From positions 1 through 25,310 of the IMG/VR virus record IMGVR_UViG_3300016467_000262: a stretch of 25,310 nucleotides of DNA, one strand, 5' to 3'. The DNA comes from a virus (lineage: Duplodnaviria; Caudoviricetes). A program made the translations under genes and the position numbers. Positions 19,501-25,310 of this stretch are shown in pieces. Every line of letters begins with the position of its first letter. Within the stretch, counting starts at the first letter, position 1. A model generated the notes under the pieces. The model did no database searches, had not been told where the DNA came from, and was given only the letters and a program-made list of their open reading frames with translations.

Positions 19501-22500
19501 TATCGAGTATGTAAATCGTGTACTAATTATAACACAAATTACTGGTCAACGAAACCTAAGTTTGTTAGAGTCTTATGAAAAAGAACCAAGTATTAATACC
19601 GGGCTTTATGATGAAGTGTTAGACACTGATTTAGAATTAAGATTTGCTAATGTTGGATCGTTTGTTGTCCCAGCGTTAACTCCTATCATAGAAAACGGGT
19701 CAATTGTCGGCGCATCAATAATTGATTCTGGTAGAGGATATGTGGTTGCTCCGGTGATTGATGTGTTGGGTTCTGGTTTTGGCGCCAACATTAAAGCAAT
19801 TATTAATTCAAAAGGACAAATCACAGGAATTAAAATTGTATCGCCCGGATATGGTTACGATATTAATACTGTATTTTCTATTAGAAATTATTCAGTTCTA
19901 GTACACACAGATACTTCTGCAACCGGATCTTGGAGTATCTATACATACGATTCTATTAACAAGGTTTGGTCAAGAGTACGTAGCCAATCGTATGACACAA
20001 GAAAGTACTGGAATTATGTTGACTGGTATGCTACAGGATATAGCGAATTTACCGCTATAAATTATGCAGTTGAAACTTTTTCAGATTTAAATTCAATTAA
20101 TCCTTCACTAGGGCAAATTGTAAAAATTAGAACAAGTAGCAGCGGAACATGGTTCTTATTACAAAAATATTCCAATGTCGAAAGTATTGATTGGACTCAA
20201 ACTTATAAAGTTGTAGGACAAGAAAACGGAACAATCCAGTTAAGCACAAGTTTATATTCGTTTACTAATACAGACTACGGCTTTGATGGTGCGCTATATG
20301 ATGGAGCAACCTTTGATAATTCAGCAACTATAGAATTAAGACAAATTCTTCTTTCGTTGAAGAACGATATTCTAGTTGATACATTAGAGTATGCTTATCT
20401 TGGTTCGTTCTTTAATACTGTTCGTTATGTCCTTAACGAACAATCTTATGTTGATTGGATATTTAAAACAAGTTTTGTAAAAGCTAACCATAATGTTGGC
20501 GAGTTGCATCAGCCGGTTAACTATAAGAGTGATAATTTATCTGACTTTGAATCATACGTTGCAGAAGTTAAACCTTATAGAACTAAAATTCGAGAATACA
20601 TTAGCACTTATAACAAGACAGATCCTGCTGAAATGTTAGTTACAGATTTTGATTTGCAACCGGCATATCAAAACGGCGAAATAACAGTTGTAAATGCTAC
20701 AGTTGAAAACGATCAAATTGTTAGTAACTCAACAGTTATTGACACCTATCCTTGGAAAAACTGGTTAGATAACGCAACTTACAAAGTAATTTCTTTACAG
20801 TTAGTTGAAAATGGTAGCTTGTATCATACACCTCCTGTTGTAAGATTTATCGGTAATTCTGGTTCTGGTGCAACCGCTAGAGCATTTATTGCTAACGGGA
20901 GAGTTAACAGAATTGTATTGTTAACTTCTGGAAGCGGCTATCTATCTGCACCGCAAGTAGTGTTAGAAGGCGGACTTGAAGAAGGCGGCACTCCAGCTAC
21001 AGCAGTTGCTATTATTGGCGGCGGCGTTACACGTTCTCAAACTATAAGGATGAAGTTTGACCGTATAACACAAAATTATTTTATCACTCAGTTAGAAGAA
21101 ACAGAAACATTTACTGGAACTGGCAGTAGACTACAGTTTCCTTTAAAATGGGGACCTGATGTAAGAGTAGGTAAATCTATGGTAACCGTTAACGGGGTAG
21201 AAGAATTACGAGACAATTACAAATTAGTAATTACAAAATCTACAGCTAAAGGTTATACAAGTTACAACGGATCAATTATTTTTGAAACTGCTCCTGCTAG
21301 AAACTCTACAGTTATTGTAACATACACAAAAGACTGGTCGTTATTAAATGCAGCAGACAGAATACAATTCTACTATAATCCAACAACGGGTCAAGTAGGT
21401 AAAGATTTAGCACAACTAATGACAGGCATCGATTATGGTGGTGTTGTTCTTGACGGTCTTGACTTTAATGTAGGTCAAGGTTGGGATAACGTTCCGTTCT
21501 TTACAGAAAGATGGGATAGTGCAGATCCAACTTTTGATGATTATATAACAACTGCAAGCTCTGGTGATTATCAATGGACACTTAACTATGTTCCGCCAGT
21601 AGGAACAGAAATTAATGTGTACCATATAAAATTAAAAATTGATGCACTGGAATCAGACGGTGTGAACCTCGAGTATCCGTATGATCCTACTATGGTTTCG
21701 CCTAAAGTTAGAATTAAACGATATGTAAATTCAGCTGGTGTTGTTGCAAATTATCAATCTGCTGGAAGTTTTGGTACTACATTAAAAGTTTCAAGCACTA
21801 CTGGAATTGTTCCAGGAATGCTTGTTATTGGTACAGAATTTACAACACAAACAGTTGTAACAGTATCCAATTCTACTACATTAATTTTAAGCGCACCCCC
21901 AAGTCTTCCGCCAGCAAACGGTATAGCTTTACAGTTTACGTTGAACAAACCAGGAATGGATGTATTAACTTTAACAAGTACAACTGGTATTGCAGTCGGG
22001 GATGTTGTAACAACAACAGTCAACGGAATACTTGGACTTAACACTACTGTTGTTCAAATTGTTAACAGCACACAGGTAAAATTAAATCAAATTATTTACG
22101 GGGCGATTGATCCAGCATCTCCAATGACGTTCTCTAGGAACTTGATTAAAAATGTTGATTTTTCGTTAAATGGTTTTAGTGTTGCAGTATTAACAACTCC
22201 TGCACCAGCACAATCATATGTAGAGGTTTATTCTTTACTAGAACCAATTCGACTAGACGATCCCGAATACGGAACCCCAAGTCAAACTAATGATAATGCT
22301 ATAATGGAAACAATAGTTTCCACAGGAGTAAGCACTAGTCCGGGAGCAAGCGAATACCTAATTGAAATACCAAACACTTATACAATTAACGATGGTGATC
22401 AAATTATTATCAGAAAGAGTACAAGTGATGGCTCAATTAAACCGCAAGAAGCAGATTATGATACAGCATTGTCTGGCGGAAATTTTGCATACTCTACTGC

Positions 22501-24889
22501 TACAGGTCTTTTGCCAGAAGATATTATTGTAGACGGTGATGGGTTTGTTACTCCTACATCTAGCCCTGCACCAGAAGAAGTGGTGCCAGGCCAACTATTT
22601 GATACAGTATCAATTAAAGTCTTTGACAAGCCTTATTCTGCAAGCGCAGTCATGCGTGTTGATAACTTTGTAGCTGACGGAGTAGATACAAGTTTTACAT
22701 TAAGCCAGAAACCAAATACAAAACAAGCAATAGTTGTTAAGAAAACATTTAATGGTCAAAGCATATTAAAATCTGTTGACGTTGATTATACCTTTGATTA
22801 TGCAACTAATTCTGTTAATTTTGTTTCTGCTCCAGAAACAAAAGCAGTTATATCTGTTTACAGTTTTGGATTTAATGGATCTAATATTTTAGATATTGAT
22901 TATTTTGTCGGTAATAATTCTACAGAAGAATTTATTACAAGAGCACCGTGGCTCGATGAAATGGCATATTTGATTTATCTAAATGGCGAACCATCTAACG
23001 GAGAAATTTTTAAAACAGACCAAACATATGATAGCCCTGATAGGGTTGGAATAAGATTCGGAGCTCCACCTGCATCTGGTGATATTATAACATATACAAT
23101 TGTTGCTGGAAATCAGCAGACATTTGCAGTTACAAAAACAGAAAAGATTGCAACAGACGGGTCATTAACATATGACTTGTCAAATATTATTGGTGATGCT
23201 TTACCGATCGAATCTAATTTCTTAGTTAGAGTTAACCAGAATTTCTTAACAGGACCAACTAATCAATACTTTACAATTAAGTCAAACAAGTATAATTATC
23301 CATTAGATCCAGTAACACTACCTCCCTATAGTATTGATATTGAAGATTTAAAAATATATGCTGGAACAGAATTATTAACATTGGGCAATGATTATACTAT
23401 TGATTTGAGTGTAATTAATGTAAAATTAACTCCTGCAATTGCAAATCAATATAAAGGACAAAAATTAATTGTAAATGTAAAACAAAATGCTCAATATGTA
23501 TATGTTCCAGCACAAGGCACAACTCCTGCTCAGATTACATTTGATGAAGCTTATACAAGTGCAGATGTTGTTGAAGTTATTAGTTCTTATAAACATGACA
23601 TTTTAGATATTGAAAGAACTGTTCTAAAAGTAACATCGTCTGTTTCAGTAACGCCTGATACTACTGAATATTATAGTTACGTCGGAGTAACAGGCGGCAA
23701 TATTCAACTTAGAAATCCAGTAGTAAATGAAAATTATGTCTGGGTTATTAAATCTGGAAACCTACTAGTTCCTAACGTTGACTATATTCTTAAAGAAGAT
23801 AAACTTACAATTAAATTAACTGAATATGTAGCACTAGATGAAGAAGTAAATGTAATTACTTTTGCTAATAATGTTCTGTTACCTGGAATAGCATATATGC
23901 AGTTTAAAGATATGCTTAACAGAGATCACTTTAAACGTTTAAGTTTATTAAAACAAACTAAACTTACTGCACCTTTAAAATATAACGATATTTCGATAGA
24001 GGTTAGTGATGCTTCAAATTTTGACGAACCAAATCCGTCGTCTAACAAGCCGGGCATAATTGAAATTAGAGGTGAGCGTATTGAGTATTTCCAAAAAAAT
24101 GGAAATATTTTAAGTCAGTTAAGGAGAGGAACTTTAGGCACAGGAACTCCTTTAGTACACCCTGTCGATAGCTATGTCCAAGATATAGGACCATCAGAAA
24201 CATTACCTTATGCAAATACACAGACAGTACATAAGTTAATTTCAGACGGATCCAACACAGTAAACTTAAATTTTGTTCCTGGAAATTTTGATACTAGTTA
24301 TTCATATCAAGGTAACTTGATGACAACTGAGCAATCATTGTCCCTTGCTAAAGACACTATCGAGGTGTTTGTTGGCGGATATAATATTGGAGCCGAATGG
24401 TCTGCATCAACAGCTTACACTATAGGAAATATAGTTACAGTAGGATCGTACACTTATCGTTGTATTACAAATCATACAAGTACAGATAATTTTATAAATG
24501 ATTCTGCTAACTGGGAATTCTTTATAGGTAATTTAAGATTACGTAAGTCAGACTATACAGTTTACAATGTTAATCAAGCACCAGATAGTCCAGAAGGAGA
24601 TGTGGGCTTTGATGCTGAATTTATTGTAGACGGAACAACGAATGTTCTAACATTAAAAACACCTTTAGATTATGGTACTAACATAACAGTTGTTAAAAAA
24701 CAAGGTACCGCATGGGATTCGTCTGTGAACTTGTTAAACGATGACAATGCAGTTGCAGTTTTCTTAAAAGCTGTTCCGGGTGTGTGGTATCAAGAGAGCA
24801 ATAAATATCAAAGTGCTGAATCTGTTTCAACTTTTGACTCAAGTGCAGGCTCATTCGATAGCAATGACATAACATTTGACCAAGGATAA
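10529..24889 (+). CDS. Giant modular virion structural protein, probably gp7-like baseplate wedge initiator with many accessory domains (~4,786 aa)
   Basis: Uninterrupted 14.4-kb ORF directly after gp6. The ATG at 10529 has GGAG at 10519-10522 and overlaps the gp6 stop (ATGGCTGA). N-terminal NFLPKIYR...KFL resembles gp7-type starts. Contains CBM-like, FG-GAP-like, GxGY and beta-sandwich repeats. The gp7 label rests mainly on position. Confidence 0.7.
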   Translation: MADNVNSKSTNSYNFLPKIYRSDPNKKFLQATVDQLVKPGTVKKVNGFVGRQNSKATTGDDIFVNAINSTRQSYQLEPGFTIKDRLDNVTFFKDYQDYINQLNVFGADISNHSRVNNEEFYSWNPHIDWDKFVNFQNYYWLPNGPDVIKIAGQQLEIASTYTVTLENELNTFTYLFTPNGLERNPTLTLLRGQTYKFDINCPGQPLSIKTLRTAGAQDRYQTIDFDQFAVENGTLTITVPYDAPDVLYYVSEANVDVGGVIHILSIEENTYIDVEKEIIGKKNYTLPSGVNLSNGMLVTFTGKVDPVQYASGQFYVEGVGSEIVLINKVDLELISAYTTSEAILFDTTPFDELPFSDATALAGSIDYHVINRASKDKNPWSRYNRWVHKDVANISASVNGKIPSLDQNQRAVRPIIEFEAGLRLYNFGTHALPDVDLIDTFTTDVFSTIEGSFGYNVDGVPLVKGQRILFTADTDVLVKNKIFRVDFLDVLHLNDGSRQIHLVLEDEPKVDDTVIVKYGEQKSGVMFWFNGATWQESQQKTSVNQPPLFDLVDSDYISFSNESVYEGTTFQGTKLFSYKIGTGTTDSNLGFALSYKNINNVGDIVFNFNILTDVFQYKKLTSVLDKKCDVGFLTKINPLTRAASYTNGWEKSVLTNTQAAVRVYKDSGLINNFKLDIFDNINDLSDLVLKIYVNGVRLDPKYWSVADAPDYKRVVLESDISLTDVLTMRAFAKQTINENGYYEIPINLQNNPLNGTMQDFTLGEVIDHVGSIVDNLDEFDGIFPGASNIRDLGNISVFGTKFVQHSGPASLSLYHITSTSSNIIRGIEKSRDDYGIFKRNFINVIEILDYPDISDNIGHVNAILDHINKDKSTTGPYYFSDMVGYTASIVNSYTVIDYRIKTYPVSKSFDLTTLSNKAVYVYLNGTHLLHGKDYTFDSEQSFIVIKAELANDDLITVYEYDSTDGCFIPSTPTKLGLWPAYEPKIYLDTTLVTPRVMIQGHDGSQVLAYGDYRDELILELEKRIFNNIKIKYNPEIFDVKKIEPSYVAPASIDQDEFNKILAPQFFKWTSLIDRDFSKPLSFDQDNSFTWNYSDYNALDGRPVPGYWRGIYRWMFGTDRPHLCPWEMLGFTVQPEWWESVYGPAPYTSDNLILWEDMSAGLVKEPGVPTVVLSQYVRSYLVDYIPVDESGNLLSPYDTGIVTGTITKATSGDFVFGDVSPIEAAWRRSSYYPFSFIISSVLINPSAILGVLLDRSRIDRNIAGQLVYTETGLRIKPDDIVLPSIYSSTSRVYTSGIINYVVDYILSDYLKSYDQYVYDLNNITAQMSLRLGGFTSKEKFNFILDSKNPTSTGGVFVPQEDYNIVLNSSSPIKKIVYSGIIISKLPTGYEVKGYSKTQPYFCYYPYNQSGPRINVGGISESFTIWTLGASYSVGKIVNYQNRYYRVKVSHIAADDFVLDYYQPLAGLPVVGGREVMSRIRWDRDEPIVVPYGTKFTKIQQVYDFIVGYGEWLKDQGFIFDDFNSNLRAITNWETSAKEFLFWTTQNWSSGQDKWKDWSADQDIEFQEIVKYNGDYYQAKLKVFANPIFDEEKFIKLDGLSTVGSSVISLSPAAASLTFSVPYSVVDDIRNQFNGYEIYKVDGSPIVDSFIASYREGNAVTYSPRGDDGIYGAVFYLVQKEQVVLLNNQTMFGDTIYNPESGYRQERIKVSGYISSDWDGGFNVPGFIYDQAVINDWTPWTDYKLGDIIKYKEFYYSAKTSLKGTLDFESNNWVKLEEKPQPRLLPNWSYKAEQFNDFYNLDSDNFDSGQQTVAQHLIGYQKRQYLNNIIQDEVSEFKFYQGMIADKGSVNALDKMFDVFGASGQENLDFFEEWALRVGQYGANAAFENIEFTLDESLFKNNPQGFELVNSVDNNINDFIIRQIPSEIYLKPLGYTSQPWPLLESRPTYLRSAGFVRQNEVKTVLTTLDKILLEEIDSYETGAYVWVGFEGISWNVYRYTQTSIKIVDVTYANSVLTIVTDSIVDLEPGSYIGIEKVSFKGFYQISKVSGEKIIINTKIEGWTPFVSGTTVPLFALKTQLADSINLVDSTISKERVAGELLWTKDKGDGKWATWEYSPVFSSSVVPPNPIASDLLFGRLVSMNSEGNVAFVSDTSGQASLYTKPVPGVPWTKAQIFLTPVVANDVLGSNPNDKEWFAESAAFSPDGKWLAVGHPKVGLAATKYRGVYNSSLTYAVGDLVKEGNIIYEAIVNVSGTHVPSISPTYWTENNLIETSLGATNTGPLQQGAVSVYFKNSIGLYSHLTTFVSPIQELDELFGSKVAFGNNKLFISTGNSASKIYQLNYDSRIQASSLYNPVGSSGTTIKVASTSGIKEGMTVVGTGFTQGQQVITVNNSTTLTLSAAADGDAYGRLNFVLTSWAYNNLTGFTAGVSGDQFGNSLSLTKDGTTLVVSAPAINSANNGTVFVYKQDSLGAFNLAQTINGSETRFGQGISITDDGSYLAISSTVYDGDRIDQGKVSVYEKNENGTYTLDLNNGIGQVITSLNPEAGEMFGSKIFFMNNDKTLVIYSASADVRVGWDITDSTTFDDSTTTFYLEKNIDSGRIDIYDKYDTTWVFGESLSTDTDFREGYGQSISVGGNYIFVGAPYGVNGTTESGKIYSYSKKQDTYSWSIKHQEISKVDLSKIKSVFLYNKRTSKFLTYLDVIDPTQSKIPGIADQEIKYKTYYDPAIYSTPLTETTNTSVKIDDGLSWGKDQVGMLWWDLRTTKFIDSNDDDTVYRAANWGRTFPGSSIDVYEWVESKYKPIDWNSKADTEEGLAAGISGQTLYGNNTYSYVKRWDSVSKSYKYTYYYWVKNKKTTPNVIGRYMSAQDVASLIGNPRGQAYKYLALTSVNSFSLVNVAPLLADKDVVLSVEYWVSDPPNKNIHSQWKLISTNTDTVIPSAIEQKWIDSLCGKDDQGRVVPDPALPPKLLYGIENRPRQGMFVNRLEALKQYIEYVNRVLIITQITGQRNLSLLESYEKEPSINTGLYDEVLDTDLELRFANVGSFVVPALTPIIENGSIVGASIIDSGRGYVVAPVIDVLGSGFGANIKAIINSKGQITGIKIVSPGYGYDINTVFSIRNYSVLVHTDTSATGSWSIYTYDSINKVWSRVRSQSYDTRKYWNYVDWYATGYSEFTAINYAVETFSDLNSINPSLGQIVKIRTSSSGTWFLLQKYSNVESIDWTQTYKVVGQENGTIQLSTSLYSFTNTDYGFDGALYDGATFDNSATIELRQILLSLKNDILVDTLEYAYLGSFFNTVRYVLNEQSYVDWIFKTSFVKANHNVGELHQPVNYKSDNLSDFESYVAEVKPYRTKIREYISTYNKTDPAEMLVTDFDLQPAYQNGEITVVNATVENDQIVSNSTVIDTYPWKNWLDNATYKVISLQLVENGSLYHTPPVVRFIGNSGSGATARAFIANGRVNRIVLLTSGSGYLSAPQVVLEGGLEEGGTPATAVAIIGGGVTRSQTIRMKFDRITQNYFITQLEETETFTGTGSRLQFPLKWGPDVRVGKSMVTVNGVEELRDNYKLVITKSTAKGYTSYNGSIIFETAPARNSTVIVTYTKDWSLLNAADRIQFYYNPTTGQVGKDLAQLMTGIDYGGVVLDGLDFNVGQGWDNVPFFTERWDSADPTFDDYITTASSGDYQWTLNYVPPVGTEINVYHIKLKIDALESDGVNLEYPYDPTMVSPKVRIKRYVNSAGVVANYQSAGSFGTTLKVSSTTGIVPGMLVIGTEFTTQTVVTVSNSTTLILSAPPSLPPANGIALQFTLNKPGMDVLTLTSTTGIAVGDVVTTTVNGILGLNTTVVQIVNSTQVKLNQIIYGAIDPASPMTFSRNLIKNVDFSLNGFSVAVLTTPAPAQSYVEVYSLLEPIRLDDPEYGTPSQTNDNAIMETIVSTGVSTSPGASEYLIEIPNTYTINDGDQIIIRKSTSDGSIKPQEADYDTALSGGNFAYSTATGLLPEDIIVDGDGFVTPTSSPAPEEVVPGQLFDTVSIKVFDKPYSASAVMRVDNFVADGVDTSFTLSQKPNTKQAIVVKKTFNGQSILKSVDVDYTFDYATNSVNFVSAPETKAVISVYSFGFNGSNILDIDYFVGNNSTEEFITRAPWLDEMAYLIYLNGEPSNGEIFKTDQTYDSPDRVGIRFGAPPASGDIITYTIVAGNQQTFAVTKTEKIATDGSLTYDLSNIIGDALPIESNFLVRVNQNFLTGPTNQYFTIKSNKYNYPLDPVTLPPYSIDIEDLKIYAGTELLTLGNDYTIDLSVINVKLTPAIANQYKGQKLIVNVKQNAQYVYVPAQGTTPAQITFDEAYTSADVVEVISSYKHDILDIERTVLKVTSSVSVTPDTTEYYSYVGVTGGNIQLRNPVVNENYVWVIKSGNLLVPNVDYILKEDKLTIKLTEYVALDEEVNVITFANNVLLPGIAYMQFKDMLNRDHFKRLSLLKQTKLTAPLKYNDISIEVSDASNFDEPNPSSNKPGIIEIRGERIEYFQKNGNILSQLRRGTLGTGTPLVHPVDSYVQDIGPSETLPYANTQTVHKLISDGSNTVNLNFVPGNFDTSYSYQGNLMTTEQSLSLAKDTIEVFVGGYNIGAEWSASTAYTIGNIVTVGSYTYRCITNHTSTDNFINDSANWEFFIGNLRLRKSDYTVYNVNQAPDSPEGDVGFDAEFIVDGTTNVLTLKTPLDYGTNITVVKKQGTAWDSSVNLLNDDNAVAVFLKAVPGVWYQESNKYQSAESVSTFDSSAGSFDSNDITFDQG
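14798..15850 (+). repeat. Cluster of three CBM5/12-like aromatic modules in the giant protein (two more at ~17189-17320 and ~24398-24523)
   Basis: WTLGASYSVGKIVNYQNRYY, WSADQDIEFQEIVKYNGDYY, WTPWTDYKLGDIIKYKEFYY, YNSSLTYAVGDLVKEGNIIY and WSASTAYTIGNIVTVGSYTY share the W-x5-Y-x2-G-x2-V-x-Y-x-G-x2-Y pattern. Protein-level repeat only. Confidence 0.65.
16925..18502 (+). repeat. Seven FG-GAP-like blades (probable beta-propeller) in the giant protein
   Basis: LFGRLVSMNSEG, WFAESAAFSPDGKWLAVGHP, LFGSKVAFG, QFGNSLSLTKDGTTLVVSAP, RFGQGISITDDGSYLAISS, MFGSKIFF and YGQSISVGGNYIFVGAPY. Several are followed by G-x-V-x-V-Y strands. Confidence 0.7.
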
Positions 24890-24893
24890 AAAA

Positions 24894-25310
24894 ATGTCAC
24901 AAAGAGTAATAAATGTAGGAGTTATAGCAAATGACGGGTCAGGAGACACGTTAAGGTCTGGAGCTCAGAAAATAAATGATAATTTTGAAGAATTATACAC
25001 AGCCGTTGAAGAAGGCCGAGTTAATGCAGATTGGAATGCAACATCTGGAGCCGCTGAAATATTAAACAAGCCTGTTTTGTTTAGTGGAAGTTATACTGAT
25101 TTATCTAATAAACCGGCACTTGCTGATGTAGCATTATCTGGAAGTTACTTTGATTTAGATGATACTCCTTCGTTATCACTTGTAGCAACTTCTGGTAACT
25201 ATAATGACTTATCCAATAAACCAGTATCCTTTAGTGGCAATTATGATGACCTGACAAACAAACCTACCTTGTTTAGTGGCAGTTATAATGATTTAACAAA
25301 TAAACCAACA
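24894..25310 (+). CDS. gp9/gp10-like N-terminal domain fibre/connector protein with tandem SGxYxDLxNKP repeats (runs off the window)
   Basis: Absent from the ORF track because it is truncated. Manual translation: MSQRVINVGVIANDGSGDTLRSGAQKINDNFEELY..., closely resembling the T4 gp10 start (INIGNVVDDGTGDYLRKGGIKINENFDELY). AAGGA RBS at ~24882-24886. Open to the window end (139 codons). Confidence 0.85.
   Translation, partial: MSQRVINVGVIANDGSGDTLRSGAQKINDNFEELYTAVEEGRVNADWNATSGAAEILNKPVLFSGSYTDLSNKPALADVALSGSYFDLDDTPSLSLVATSGNYNDLSNKPVSFSGNYDDLTNKPTLFSGSYNDLTNKPT
25083..25310 (+). repeat. Tandem coding repeat, 54/54/42/42-nt units plus a partial fifth
   Basis: SGSYTDLSNKPALADVAL / SGSYFDLDDTPSLSLVAT / SGNYNDLSNKPVSF / SGNYDDLTNKPTLF / SGSYNDLTNKPT. 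The DNA shows recurring tttagtgg and aataaacc. Confidence 0.85.

Noticed and set aside
2705-24875. Numerous 60-130-aa minus-strand ORFs inside the structural genes, and 934..1200 (+) inside gp55
   Set aside because: They are fully antisense to long, motif-bearing genes and have no independent signals. Such shadows are expected from codon bias.
1414-24889. Interpretation as a bacterial eCIS, tailocin or T6SS locus
   Set aside because: The adjacent gp55 and gp47 genes, T4-type late boxes and a gp9/gp10-like gene point to a phage genome.
25083-25310. Tandem DNA repeats as a CRISPR array
   Set aside because: The units are degenerate, in-frame multiples of three with synonymous variation and no unique spacers, so this is a coding repeat.
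1-25310. Stop-codon reassignment, introns/inteins, tRNAs or intrinsic terminators
   Set aside because: Genes tile the window in the standard code with almost no gaps. I saw no intein, homing-endonuclease, tRNA or hairpin-polyT signature by eye, although this was not an exhaustive scan.

Overview
AT-rich, gene-dense segment of a large T4-related (myovirus-type) bacteriophage genome, read in the standard code. Left end, minus strand: a gp55-like late sigma factor carrying a large insertion, overlapping a truncated gp47/Mre11-type nuclease gene. Divergent from these on the plus strand is a tightly coupled baseplate operon: tube-initiator-like protein, gp53/LysM protein, gp27-like hub, gp5-like spike without lysozyme, gp25, an enlarged gp6, a ~4,786-aa modular gp7-like protein, and the start of a gp9/gp10-like repeat fibre protein. 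The most notable non-coding signal is a bipartite motif, ATAAACTACGCAC-N12-AATAAATA, found with identical spacing in both real intergenic gaps (1359-1391, 7012-7044), a candidate extended late promoter. The first copy is interleaved with a near-consensus sigma70 promoter on the opposite strand (TTGACT-N17-TATAAT) that points at the gp55 gene, which suggests a self-limiting early-to-late switch. All protein assignments come from motif recognition by eye, not from database searches.
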